A stretch of DNA of 64,000 nucleotides, taken from contig DVLI01000018.1 in assembly GCA_018715595.1 (NCBI GenBank), forward strand, positions 28,348-92,347, read 5' to 3'. The notes below the pieces were generated by a model that was given only the letters and a program-made list of their open reading frames with translations, searched no databases and was not told the origin of the DNA. Made by a program: the position numbers and the translations under genes. This document shows positions 47,601 to 57,085 of this stretch, one piece after another (within the stretch, counting starts at the first letter, position 1; each line of letters opens with the position of its first letter). Source of the stretch: Candidatus Caccoplasma merdavium (GTDB lineage Bacteria; Bacteroidota; Bacteroidia; Bacteroidales; UBA11471).

Positions 47601-50600
47601 ATATCAATGTTTTGCCGCCACGACCGGAAATTTTCACCACCGGCTCGCCGGGTTGGTCGGCGGCCAACCTGTTCCCGCCCCTGAACTCACAACCGCCCAA
47701 GATGAGTTTCGTCACGTCGTCTTGTGCCGTCCCGGCCTTGGTCTCATACCTGAATGCCGCTCCGTAGGGGTTGTCAAAGGTGATGTTTTCGATGGTGACG
47801 GGCACGACGGGCCGATCCGAAGCGGCTTCGGTATCATCGTCCTCGCGGTTGGCGGCATCGACAATGTTGAAGAGGCTTTTCACCTCGGGATTGATACTCG
47901 TGATGACAGTCTTGTAATTCTCACCGCGGTAGAGGGGGCTGTTCTCGGGTATCGGTTGCCGCTGGTTGTCGGCATTGAAACCGCCGGCAATGCGCAACGA
48001 ACGCACGTTGAGTTCGCCCGTCGGATTGTCGCCCTGCGTGCCATACTGGGTGTTGATGACGAAACCGCCGTTGCGGTTGATGGTATAGATGGGTGCGAAC
48101 TCGCCTTCGGTGATGTATATGACTTTGTCGTTGCCGTTGCGGTTGAGCACGAGACGTTCAATGGCTCGTTGCAGGTTACTGGTGGCGGTAGCCCATGACG
48201 AGCCGTCGTTCACATTGCCGGGAATCTCCTCGGCGCATACATAGAGGACATCGCCCACGGGGTTGAGAGGAGTATGCTCATACTCATACACGCCTATGTC
48301 GATATACGTGTTTTTCGAGAGGTCGCTCTCCGACTTGTTGGGGTCGAGGCACACGCGGCTCAACACCCGGTTCCCGGTGGCCATGTAGGTATCATGTATG
48401 CCGGGCAGCAAAGGGTTGATAGCGGTAATATCGCCGGCAGCCACATATTTGGGAATCGAGAAGTAAAGGCCTCCCGATGCTTCGGGGTCGGCCCACGACC
48501 ATTCGCCGGCGGCGGCGTCATACGTCTGCCGGGCCCAACCCCAACCGGCATCGACCATGGGATTGATGCGGCTCAGCGACCAGTCGGCATCCTGTTGGTA
48601 GCCGGCTACACCGGCGAGGGTCGACGGATTGGCGAAGTTCGGCCCGTAGAGCGAACGGTTGTCGGGGGTGAGCACCACGTTGTTGTTTTTGAAATCGGGC
48701 AGGTTCTCATTTACATCGGCATCGGAGTCGCTCTGCCCGTCACCTATCACCGAGGTTTTGTCCCACCCCTCTTCATAGGCGCAGAAATGGAGTATGTCGG
48801 GAGCCGCCTCGGACGACGGGTCGTCGAAAGGAACGCCTTCGGACTGCCATTTGTTGATGGTATAGCGATTCTTCCCGGCCTCATTGCCCCAGAAAGCGGT
48901 ATTGAAGATGAGGTTCGACGTGAGGTTGGTGGCCACCGACCCGGCCGAATTGGCATTCAACGAGTAAATGCACGGATACTCGGCGGCCTTGTTGCGCACG
49001 ACGTTGCAGTTGACCATCCAGATGCGGGAGTTGCTTTCGTTGAAAATCGCGCCGCCGCGGGAATAGGCTTCATTGTTGGCGAAGAGGGTGTTGACCGCAT
49101 ACACGACACCGTCGACAAACAACGCGCCGCCCGAGCCGACGTATCCGGCATCGGCACCCGAGACAGAGGCATCGCCGATGGCTTCGTTACCCGAAACCTG
49201 CGAGCCCGAAATCGAGCAGATGCCCGTGTTGTAAATCGCGCCGCCCAGCACACCTTCGTTGCCGTAGATGAGGCTGCGGCGTATCGTAAGCGGAATGCGG
49301 CGTATTTCGGCAGCGCCGTCATTGTCGGTGCCGTCGACGCATATCGCGCCCCCCTTGTAATAGTTGCCGGCGTAGGTGGCATCGCCCGGCAGGAGGTCGG
49401 CCGCATGGCCGCCGGTCACGGTGATGCCGTCGAAGACGATGGGCTTACCCACCGTGAGTCCCGTATGCGTATCTTCGAGATCGGGCAGCGTACCCACCTT
49501 GGCGGGGTCGGCACAGGCATAGATGACATGATAGACACCCAAGGCATCGAGCTCGCTGTTGGAACGGCCCGAGAAAATCGTCTGGTGAGCAAATTCCCAC
49601 GGCTCGATAATCGAATTGCCGTTGAGGTCGGCACGGGTACGGTCCAAAAGCAGGTCATCGGTGGGCGTGCCCGTAAAGGTTATCGAGAAACCGTTGCTGC
49701 CGGTCACGGCGTGGTCACCCCCGTCGCTGTCCTGGCAATACATCTCGCTGCCCGAGAACCCGCCGTAGATGGCCACTCCTTCGGGCACAGTGAAAGTCGA
49801 CGTGCGGGCATTCTCTACCGTAGTGCCGTCGCCGGCCTCGCGGGGAATGTAACTACCGCCGGACAGGAAAATCTCGAATGTGATGTTCTTGTTGTCCACA
49901 CCGGGAAGGTAGGTGTGGGTGGTATTGTCGCGCACCGACTTGATGTAGCGCAAGGCGTCGTGCAGCTCATACATGGGGTAGACAAACGACGAGCCGCGTG
50001 TCTGGTATATGGCGTCGTCGCCCGAGAGACCGGCCGCAAGCAGGCGGTTGAGGTCGGGGTGCAACAACGAACCGTCGGTGACGAAGATGCGTTGCAGGAG
50101 GACACCTTCGGGCGGCAGTATTTCCCGACCCAGGGAGCGCGCCCCCACATCGATGTTGTCGCCGGACACACGATACATGTCGGCAAAGTCGCGCAGGTGG
50201 AGGTCATGCTCGCTGACCCACCGGTAATAGTCGGTCTGGGGCATACCGGCACCGGCCAGTACCGAAGTTTCTTCTATCATGTAACAGGGGTCGGCGGGAT
50301 TGTCCATCACGAAACGCACGCCGCTGCTGTTGTCGGCCGATACCGACCGGTTATTGAGGCCGGGTACCTGCAGGTTCTCGACAAAGGCATAAGAGAAGAG
50401 GTAATGCCCCTCCTCGTCGCTGCCGTAGTTGCCATACACGTCCTTGGCATAATTGGCCGTGTTGCCCCACAAGACCGTGGAGTTGACAATCAGTTTGCGG
50501 CCGAGGAAATAGAGGCCGCCCCCCTCGTCCGTGGCATCGTTGCCGGCAATGGTCGTGGCGATGAGGCAGGCCTCGTCTTCGCCGTCGCCTTCGGAGGCGA

Positions 50601-53600
50601 GATAGATGCCGGCTCCGCGGGCGGCCGTGTTGCCGGTCACCAGCGTACCCGACACGACGGCACCGGGCTTGAGGTATATGCCGCCGCCCTCGCCGCTCGC
50701 CGCATTGTCCTCCACGATGCAGTTACGCACATGCACATACGATTCGGCCAAGATACCGCCGCCGCGGCTGTCGTCTTCGCGCAGCGAGCCGTCGGCGTTG
50801 CCGCCCGAGATGTAAAGGCCGTCAAGCACGGCATATCCGGCCTCGGCGGGTATGGTGCGGTAAGTACCGTCGGGGTTCTCGACAAGGTTGCCCTCTTCGT
50901 CATAGAGGTAGTCGGTAAACACCACGGCATGATAGGTATTGATGAGCGACGTGTCGGCCGCCGACACATATTGGGCTTTGAAGAGGGTCTTGTTGACAAG
51001 GATCTCGCGTGTCTGTGTCTCGAAATTTTCGTCATAACCGCCCCATACCTCGACACCGCGGGGCACGATGAGGGCAAAACTGCGGGGGTCGGTCTCCTCC
51101 TCCTGGAGTTGGTCTTCACCGGGCACGACAGCGGTGCGGCGCGGGGCATAGGGAGTCGCACCGCCGGCCACCTTCACGACATAGTGGCCGGCGGGGTCAT
51201 CGGCTTTGGCACGACCGGCGGCATCGAGCACCTGTTGCAACTTCATCCAGCAGGCGGCGTTTTCGGGGCTGTCGGCCGAGGCGTTACCGCCATCGGCACC
51301 ACTGTATGTCACATAGTAGACATGGGCCTCCACACTTTCACCGCCAATAAAAAGGTTATCGGTACCGGGGGTGATGCCGTAGGCACCGTTGTATTCATAG
51401 GCGCCGATGTCGATGGTACAGTCTTGTATGCGGTCGGCAAAATCGACATCGGTCACGGGCAGGGAGACGGGATCGCCTGTGACAGGATGGGTAGGCTCGT
51501 TGAGGCCGGCATTGATGCACAACGACGAGCCCAAGAGCCGGTAGTTGTTGTTCGTCTTGGCATCGGGGTCGGCAAAAGGATTTGCCAAATCCGTACCCAG
51601 GCGGTTATTATTTGCTGTCGTTATCTTATTCGAAATATTCGAGGGGAGTGACGACTCCGTCTGCACATAACAGTTGCGGAAAGGTTCCAATTTTTCGGGT
51701 TTTTCCGCCCCGACAGCCGCCCCGGAGTTCTTGTAGATAAGGGTATTGAACACGTTCAATGCTACATCCAGGTTATACTCTCCTGTAAATTGGTGCATGC
51801 CGCCGGTTCCCCGCGAGCCGTTATAAGCCACGGTGTTGTTGAAGAACGTGGCATCCTCGATGTAGATACCGCCCCCTTGTGTTTGGGCATAATTGCGGCT
51901 CACCAGAATATTATAACCCGTACCCAGAATCATATACATGCCACCGCCATAAGCTTCACTGCTTACCGTGACATTATCAAAAATGAAACAGTTCTCGATA
52001 GAGCCATCGGACGATTCACAATAGACACCGCCCCCGCGGTTGCGATTTGCACCCGAATTTGTATAATTGTAATTATTCCGCACGACGCAGTTTTTCAACG
52101 AAACACCTTGGAACATGCGCACGCCGGCGCCGCCGTCGCGGTTGGCGGCAATGCCGTTGATGAAACCGTGGCGAATGGTGAAACCGTCCCATGTCGCGCC
52201 GTTGTATTTCAAATAATCATTCCGCTGCGTATTCGACTGGTTATCACCCGAGGCCGTACCCGAGCCTCCATGGTAATGGCTGTTGCTTACCGGCGTATTG
52301 GTGGGGAGGCACACATCGGGCTGGTAAAGCACGTGCTTGCGGACATTCGACGGCAGGCCGGATACGGTATAACGGCCTGCAACGGCATCTTCGACCGTGA
52401 CAGGAGCCGTGGATTGTATCTGCAAGATGGTCTCGTAATCGGCAATGCGGTCGGCATACGCGCTGTTTTCGTCGCTGAGGGGTATGCCCTCGGCAATCAA
52501 GGGGTGCCGCTCGTTATCGCCGGGGGTTCCGCTGTTGGGGAATCCCCCTTTCACGGTGACCGAATCGCGAATGACAAAGCCCTTGTAGTCGGTGTAGGTA
52601 CCGCCGGCCACCCACACTTCGAGCCGCCGCGACGATGCGCGGGCCGCCGCCGAGGCTTTCTCCACGGCATATTGCAGGCCGCCTACATAATCTTCTTCGC
52701 GGGTATTGGTGATGCGGTATGTACGTCGGGGAGCACTGGGAGCAGAAATATCTGATGCAGTGACATTAGGTGGGTCGGAGTCAAAAAGGCTTGTTGTCTC
52801 AGTATGGGTACCCGTTCCTGCCGGCAACTCATAACCATTTGCACCATCATTCCAAGTATAAACATACGTATATGTATAATAATGAGTATAATAAGCCCAC
52901 TCTCTTTCCGTTCTGACATACCGGATATCAGATATAGTACATGTAGGAGAAGTTCCCCAGAACGGTTTGCTGGCGTTGGATATTTCGCCGTAAGGGTGCG
53001 AGGCATCGTAATAGGCGGTGTAGCGGGCATCGGTGGTGGCCACTTTGCTACCGTTCTCGACAACGGCTCCGTTCTCGATGTGGTATATGGCATTGCCGTT
53101 GATGGCCGTCTCCCACGACAATCCGTCGCCGCCGGCGGTGAGGTCGACGGTACCGTCGTCGTTGCGGTAGTCGCGCACATAGAATACCGAACCTTTGAGG
53201 GGGAGGCGCGAGTTCTCATATGCACCCAGGTCGGGAGCGCCGCCCGCCTGCCGCGAATTGACGGTGGTGATGTCGGTATCGGCGGGGTCGGGGTCGTCGC
53301 TGGCGCAGTTCACGACAGGATTCATGTTGGTGGGCATGTAGCTGGTGAGGCCGCCGTTGTAGGTATTGAAAGCGTCGGGTGTGCGGCCTATGTTGCGGGT
53401 GGGGTTCACGCAAGCGGGATAGGAGGCATCGTTGCGCCCGTAGGTAAGGGTGGAGGTATTGTTGTCGGCCGAGTAGCCTGCACCGTCATCAAAAGCGCAA
53501 TACCGGGGCGCGACGCCGTGCAGGGTGAGGACATCGGCCGGGGCAAGGGCCGTGCCGTCGGGATATTCGCGGGCGGCATTGCTCCACGCCCAAGAGTCTT

Positions 53601-56067
53601 CGAGGGTTACCGAGCCGTCGCGCGTGGCATATATGGCATAGCCCACATTCTTGACAATGGTCTGGTGTTCCATGGCGACGCTCACGGTACCGGCATCGCC
53701 GGGAATGTCGAAATAGACGGCGGCAGCCGGACGGTCGGCGGAGTGGAGGGCGGTGTTGTTGTTGATGATGCAGTTGCCCATGGCCAACGAGAAGTCCGCA
53801 CCCGTGGCAGGAGCGGCATAGAGGGCACCGCCCAGTTCACCGGCACAGTTCTCGATGATGCAGTTGCGTATGGCGTTGCCGGTCATCGCGCCGCCGGCCA
53901 CCGCTCCTGTCGAGGGGTCGACGGCCATGACAATGCCGCCTCCGCTCTTGATAAGAGCCGAACCGTCGCCGGTGGGGGTGGCATCGCCGTTGATGATGTG
54001 GAAGCCGTCGAGCACGGCATCGGAAGTCTCCTTGAACACGACACAGTGGTAGACATACTCGTCGTCGCCCACCTTGCCGTCGATGACCGAGCGGTACTCG
54101 ACGGGGTTACGCAGCGAGAGGTCGGTGCCGGTGAGCGAAGCGGCATACCCGCCGCGCACTTCGACGCCGGAGACCATCTGTATGCCGGCCGAGCGGAAAC
54201 GCTCATTGGTATAGGCACAGAGGGGCGACACCGTGCCCTCCTTGACGTAGATGACGCGTTTCATGCCGGGGTAGGCATCGGGATTGTCGCGGAAATGCGA
54301 GAGGGCCACGTTGAGGTAGGCCAGCGGGGTTTCCCAGCTGTTGCCGAGCCCGTCGGGGTTGGTGCTGTTGGTCTCGGGGTCGACGAAGAGTGCAACCGTG
54401 CTTCCCGACTGGTAGGTCAGGATGGTAGGGCTGGCGATGCGGTAGGCACCGAGCGAGGGACAGATGCTGTAATCGTTGCCGCAGATGTCGGTGGGGGTAA
54501 CGGCACGCGTAAGGCGGTCGGAATAGGCCGAGAGCGCCGAAAGGTCGGATATGCGGCGGCCATATTCGCGCAGGGGCGACACCGAAGCGGGCAGCCAGTC
54601 GCAGCGGGCTGGGTCGTCGTAGGCAAAGGCGTCATCGCCGATGACTCCCACCCTGAGATTGCCGTTGCCGTCCCGGGCAGGACGGGTGAAAATGGGATAG
54701 TTCCCGATATTGGAATCGTCGCTGAAATTGTCACGTTCGAGCGACAAGACCGACGAGCGGTAGGTATAGGTCCACTCGGTAATGGCCTGGTCGGAGAAAG
54801 CCGAATGGAATACCAGCGAGGTGAGGTCGCCCGTCTGTCTGGCATCGGGCCGGTGATAGTATTGCACATAGCCGTCGGTGCCGATGGTACCGCCCCAAAA
54901 CACCGAGTTGAGTATGCAACCGTAGTTGGCGACATACACGCCGGCGCTCTTGCCGTTCTGCACATTGTTCACGGTAATGCCGGTGCCGTTGCAGCGGTTG
55001 GCGGTGACGGTCATGAGGTTGAGTATGCCGCCGTTGCGCAGGTAAACACCGCCGGCCTCGTTCGAGGCGGTATTGTTGGCCACGACCGAAGCGACGGCCG
55101 ACATGCAGAGCGACTCCTCAATCGTCCCGCCGTCGTCGGGGTTATAGAGGGCAAGTCCTCCGCCGTTTGCGGCGAAGTTGTTGACAATCATCGAGTGACG
55201 CACGTCGCCGCCGCCCACCAGGGCGATACCGCCGCCATAGCCCTCGGCAATGGTCGAGGCACCGGGAGCGGTGTTGCGGTGTATGAAACTCGACTCGACG
55301 CGGCCGCCGCCGTCGAGGTAGATGCCGCCGCCGCGTTCGACGGCCGCATTCTCGGTAACGATGCAGTTGCGCACGACGCCGCCATCGACGAGGTAGACAC
55401 CGCCGCCACGGCTGTAATGGCGACCGGAAAGGGTGGCATCGGCCGCATGACCGTGCTTGATGGTGAAGCCGTCGAGCACGGCTTCACGGGAGAGGGCAAC
55501 GGGCTTGCCTCCGGCATCGAAGCCGGCGGTGGCAAACCACACGACATGGTAGACGTTCGAGGGAAAAGCCGTGGTATAGGTCTGGTCTTCATCGCTCCAT
55601 GCAAAGGTGGCGGGGCTGCTTGCGAGCAGGTCGCCCGAGAGCACGGTCTCGTGCAGGAATTGCCAGCCGTAGCGGCTGCCGTCTTTCATGGGCCGGTCGG
55701 CAGGGTCTTCGATGCCCCCGCCTCCGGCGGGGAACCCGCCGTAAACGGCGATACCGGGCGACATCTTGAACGAGGCAAAGAGGGTGCTGCCCTCCTCGGT
55801 GCCTTCGGTAGGCGAATAGGTGCCTTCGGCCACGAAAACCTCACCGCCCTCGGTGAGGCCGCGGGCGGCCATGTAGGCGGCCAGGTCGTTGATGGCCTCT
55901 TGTATGTTGTTTTTAGCCTGAGCCCAAGAGAGTCCGTCGTTGGCATAAGCGCCGTTGGCGGCATCGACATACCGGCGCAGCGACGCAGCCTGCTGTGCCA
56001 CGGCTGTTGCCGAGCCCGACAGGAACGCGACAAAGAATGCCAATATAAACTTATTCCATCGTATCAT
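44611..56067 (-). CDS. Giant (3,818 aa) secreted multi-module right-handed beta-helix / Pmp-like repeat protein with a T9SS type-A C-terminal sorting domain
   Basis: ATG at 56067 (MIRWNKFILAFFVAFLSGSATAVAQQ is a signal peptide; the track start at 56073 is a TTG). About 18 GG[AG][ILV][YF] motifs and FxxN-like motifs are visible by eye. Seven modules are each closed by a D-x-G-A/V-Y-E-like motif. The C-terminus ends ...RIYLYDMSGHCLLD...GLYIVDIVSSKARRSFKVIAD. Confidence 0.9.
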   Translation of the reverse strand: MIRWNKFILAFFVAFLSGSATAVAQQAASLRRYVDAANGAYANDGLSWAQAKNNIQEAINDLAAYMAARGLTEGGEVFVAEGTYSPTEGTEEGSTLFASFKMSPGIAVYGGFPAGGGGIEDPADRPMKDGSRYGWQFLHETVLSGDLLASSPATFAWSDEDQTYTTAFPSNVYHVVWFATAGFDAGGKPVALSREAVLDGFTIKHGHAADATLSGRHYSRGGGVYLVDGGVVRNCIVTENAAVERGGGIYLDGGGRVESSFIHRNTAPGASTIAEGYGGGIALVGGGDVRHSMIVNNFAANGGGLALYNPDDGGTIEESLCMSAVASVVANNTASNEAGGVYLRNGGILNLMTVTANRCNGTGITVNNVQNGKSAGVYVANYGCILNSVFWGGTIGTDGYVQYYHRPDARQTGDLTSLVFHSAFSDQAITEWTYTYRSSVLSLERDNFSDDSNIGNYPIFTRPARDGNGNLRVGVIGDDAFAYDDPARCDWLPASVSPLREYGRRISDLSALSAYSDRLTRAVTPTDICGNDYSICPSLGAYRIASPTILTYQSGSTVALFVDPETNSTNPDGLGNSWETPLAYLNVALSHFRDNPDAYPGMKRVIYVKEGTVSPLCAYTNERFRSAGIQMVSGVEVRGGYAASLTGTDLSLRNPVEYRSVIDGKVGDDEYVYHCVVFKETSDAVLDGFHIINGDATPTGDGSALIKSGGGIVMAVDPSTGAVAGGAMTGNAIRNCIIENCAGELGGALYAAPATGADFSLAMGNCIINNNTALHSADRPAAAVYFDIPGDAGTVSVAMEHQTIVKNVGYAIYATRDGSVTLEDSWAWSNAAREYPDGTALAPADVLTLHGVAPRYCAFDDGAGYSADNNTSTLTYGRNDASYPACVNPTRNIGRTPDAFNTYNGGLTSYMPTNMNPVVNCASDDPDPADTDITTVNSRQAGGAPDLGAYENSRLPLKGSVFYVRDYRNDDGTVDLTAGGDGLSWETAINGNAIYHIENGAVVENGSKVATTDARYTAYYDASHPYGEISNASKPFWGTSPTCTISDIRYVRTEREWAYYTHYYTYTYVYTWNDGANGYELPAGTGTHTETTSLFDSDPPNVTASDISAPSAPRRTYRITNTREEDYVGGLQYAVEKASAAARASSRRLEVWVAGGTYTDYKGFVIRDSVTVKGGFPNSGTPGDNERHPLIAEGIPLSDENSAYADRIADYETILQIQSTAPVTVEDAVAGRYTVSGLPSNVRKHVLYQPDVCLPTNTPVSNSHYHGGSGTASGDNQSNTQRNDYLKYNGATWDGFTIRHGFINGIAANRDGGAGVRMFQGVSLKNCVVRNNYNYTNSGANRNRGGGVYCESSDGSIENCFIFDNVTVSSEAYGGGMYMILGTGYNILVSRNYAQTQGGGIYIEDATFFNNTVAYNGSRGTGGMHQFTGEYNLDVALNVFNTLIYKNSGAAVGAEKPEKLEPFRNCYVQTESSLPSNISNKITTANNNRLGTDLANPFADPDAKTNNNYRLLGSSLCINAGLNEPTHPVTGDPVSLPVTDVDFADRIQDCTIDIGAYEYNGAYGITPGTDNLFIGGESVEAHVYYVTYSGADGGNASADSPENAACWMKLQQVLDAAGRAKADDPAGHYVVKVAGGATPYAPRRTAVVPGEDQLQEEETDPRSFALIVPRGVEVWGGYDENFETQTREILVNKTLFKAQYVSAADTSLINTYHAVVFTDYLYDEEGNLVENPDGTYRTIPAEAGYAVLDGLYISGGNADGSLREDDSRGGGILAESYVHVRNCIVEDNAASGEGGGIYLKPGAVVSGTLVTGNTAARGAGIYLASEGDGEDEACLIATTIAGNDATDEGGGLYFLGRKLIVNSTVLWGNTANYAKDVYGNYGSDEEGHYLFSYAFVENLQVPGLNNRSVSADNSSGVRFVMDNPADPCYMIEETSVLAGAGMPQTDYYRWVSEHDLHLRDFADMYRVSGDNIDVGARSLGREILPPEGVLLQRIFVTDGSLLHPDLNRLLAAGLSGDDAIYQTRGSSFVYPMYELHDALRYIKSVRDNTTHTYLPGVDNKNITFEIFLSGGSYIPREAGDGTTVENARTSTFTVPEGVAIYGGFSGSEMYCQDSDGGDHAVTGSNGFSITFTGTPTDDLLLDRTRADLNGNSIIEPWEFAHQTIFSGRSNSELDALGVYHVIYACADPAKVGTLPDLEDTHTGLTVGKPIVFDGITVTGGHAADLLPGDATYAGNYYKGGAICVDGTDNDGAAEIRRIPLTIRRSLIYGNEGVLGGAIYNTGICSISGSQVSGNEAIGDASVSGADAGYVGSGGALFVDGVVYAVNTLFANNEAYSRGGAIFNESNSRIWMVNCNVVRNKAAEYPCIYSLNANSAGSVATNLTSNLIFNTAFWGNEAGKNRYTINKWQSEGVPFDDPSSEAAPDILHFCAYEEGWDKTSVIGDGQSDSDADVNENLPDFKNNNVVLTPDNRSLYGPNFANPSTLAGVAGYQQDADWSLSRINPMVDAGWGWARQTYDAAAGEWSWADPEASGGLYFSIPKYVAAGDITAINPLLPGIHDTYMATGNRVLSRVCLDPNKSESDLSKNTYIDIGVYEYEHTPLNPVGDVLYVCAEEIPGNVNDGSSWATATSNLQRAIERLVLNRNGNDKVIYITEGEFAPIYTINRNGGFVINTQYGTQGDNPTGELNVRSLRIAGGFNADNQRQPIPENSPLYRGENYKTVITSINPEVKSLFNIVDAANREDDDTEAASDRPVVPVTIENITFDNPYGAAFRYETKAGTAQDDVTKLILGGCEFRGGNRLAADQPGEPVVKISGRGGKTLIYNTIFHSNKGIPLDAVDTEVLNATFALNTQSPVLSDSVYESSLYNSLLWRNGGAGTSEEESQGITAPQLLSVETGGYAPVKTENIAYNAIQNLAATTLAQAGKNNDDLLQENTDVISGPNFENPFDGDVTLRNFDIGASAVLLNKGDSVLYRTALGLPADDPSGYDITLNDLRVYDENIDRGAYENNQRLYSVLYVQPGKTVDGDGTTWERAFGQGRLQEAIDLGAVYVATRNVPGETATVFVKSGRTNEEITLHDGVSVYGSVQTNYTDTVTAPDVSPQVTVADVAAARPGLLASSAPRTVIGGVASGSESFDGMALLDGFEITSASGSDAAPVSLADGVVMRNSYVHGFTVAGNDPVVRNDGGLLYNVLVAANIPAAGEPVMANNGGTLVNVTVDAPENVVPVTHANNGAMFNTLATSQRALYDPLYDVTSPMPGDGNPYNTYLADELSFQLKEMGKAIDAGDADPAIPQKYAGYVDFASDRDILGNARIFGAAVDYGCFETWNIKGGYKATQAPAAGSVVYVHDGNLVLENLSTTFAPGYLLLKEGTSLYGNGNTVSLAYVAVERTFGAGWQLAAFPYALQRDSISRVAYDGTTYAPARLAWGAGDTIAIYDGRGRAESLTRYHASNSPYWVEETVFDAGEGFGLCLTQAGTYRFTGRDANAAIYTETNTDKTVSLTQHNLTEVESDGTPRFTHKENMGWNLFGIPYLVASYDFADMDLPHLLYDYDGSTYNTIESWTGGQAKLGDGYFTQTAIIGHDEKESLLFPQPQSTSLFAADNTGMNLSLRIKGEAGADKVLFRTTRSSEALTYEVGRDGIKFMSMNPAVPQIYIDNPSTGTRFSLAAAVDEAAYTSVGVSVADSGFYTIDLPEETLAENYDVIVLIDNRTGQATDLKESAYTFFASSAEDDPQRFSLAFRLSETTETPWKVYLHDHVLYVLGLEGGERIYLYDMSGHCLLDTTGTAPQFATPVDGSGLYIVDIVSSKARRSFKVIAD
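44614..44841 (-). other. T9SS type-A (Por) C-terminal sorting domain of the giant protein (last ~76 aa)
   Basis: WKVYLHDHVLYVLGLEGGERIYLYDMSGHCLLDTTGTAPQFATPVDGSGLYIVDIVSSKARRSFKVIAD shows the typical iYd..G..v and G.Yiv.v....k.kv pattern at the extreme C-terminus. Confidence 0.75.
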
Positions 56068-56086
56068 AGTCAAAACGCCTTTTCAA

Positions 56087-57085
56087 TCAATTGCCGGAAC
56101 CGTCACCGATACCGTTTATCGTCAAATCCAAACGAAAATAAGCCGCACCGTCGGCCGAGACCTTCTCGGCCGTCGACACGGAAGGGAGGGTGCGGGTCTC
56201 ATCGCCACGCACAAGCACCACTTCCCAAGGCAGGCTGATATTGCCGCCGGCATCGGGAGCGGGCTGGAAGAGGTAGGTGTCGAAACGCCCGTAAAAATTA
56301 TTGGCAGGGGTCATGCCGTCGAAAACACATTGGCCGGTGGCCGACGCAGATGTGTTGGCACCGGGGGAGAAATAGGAGCCTTCGGTGAGGAGGTCTTTCA
56401 GGGTGAAGCTGTGCACGCGCCACCCCTCATAGGGCCCGCCGGTACGGAAATCGTCGGAGAGGTTGTAGACGACATCGAACTTGGCGGCCACATGGTAGCA
56501 CACGATTGTCTCGTTGACGGCATTTTCGTCGGTAAGGAGCGTGCCGCTGCCGGCATACACGTCGGCGATGCTCACCGTGGAGCCGTCAGTCTGCGCGGGG
56601 TTGAGCCGCAACCCGGCGACCTCCTGCCCGGAGATGGGCGTCGCACCCGAGCGCACGCCGTCGACCGTCGTTTGCAGGTCGGGAATGGGCGTGTAAGAAG
56701 CGATGGCATAGAGCGTCACTTCATCGGTCTCGGGCAACGGCAGTTGCACGGTGCGCTGGTAGGCCAGCACGGTGCCGTGGCTGTCGGAGACAGCCGTCCA
56801 CGAATCGGGTGTCAAATCGTTGAGCGATATGGCCGAGACGAGGGGACGGGTATTTCCGTCGGCCAAGTATTCGATAAAGAAATAAAGGTGGCGGGGCATC
56901 TGCAACGAGGAGCCGTTTCCGGGGTCGCCGGGCGTGCGTTGCACGACAGCCACATCGGAGGGGACCCGCAGTACCACGGAGCGGTAACGCGAGATGTCGA
57001 GCACCTCTTCGCGACTGCAACCGGCGGCTCCCAACAAAGCCACCAGGCACAATACAACACCTGTTTTTACTAAATATCTTGTCAT
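56087..57085 (-). CDS. Type V pilus accessory pilin-like lipoprotein (Mfa3/Mfa4 position)
   Basis: 332 aa. Lipobox LLGAAGC. Pilin-like strands (PRHLYFFIEY, IVCYHVAAKFDVVYNL). ATGA overlap with the Mfa2-like gene. Ends 19 nt upstream of the giant gene. Confidence 0.6.
   Translation of the reverse strand: MTRYLVKTGVVLCLVALLGAAGCSREEVLDISRYRSVVLRVPSDVAVVQRTPGDPGNGSSLQMPRHLYFFIEYLADGNTRPLVSAISLNDLTPDSWTAVSDSHGTVLAYQRTVQLPLPETDEVTLYAIASYTPIPDLQTTVDGVRSGATPISGQEVAGLRLNPAQTDGSTVSIADVYAGSGTLLTDENAVNETIVCYHVAAKFDVVYNLSDDFRTGGPYEGWRVHSFTLKDLLTEGSYFSPGANTSASATGQCVFDGMTPANNFYGRFDTYLFQPAPDAGGNISLPWEVVLVRGDETRTLPSVSTAEKVSADGAAYFRLDLTINGIGDGSGN

Noticed and set aside
48274-56238. Two very long plus-strand ORFs (1125 aa at 48274-51651 and 1144 aa at 52804-56238), plus the 506-aa ORF at 45877-47397
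   Set aside because: All are antisense to the giant minus-strand gene. They have low-complexity G/V/A/D/R/H-rich translations and lack signal peptides or motifs. The minus-strand frame carries coherent beta-helix motifs, a signal peptide and a CTD.
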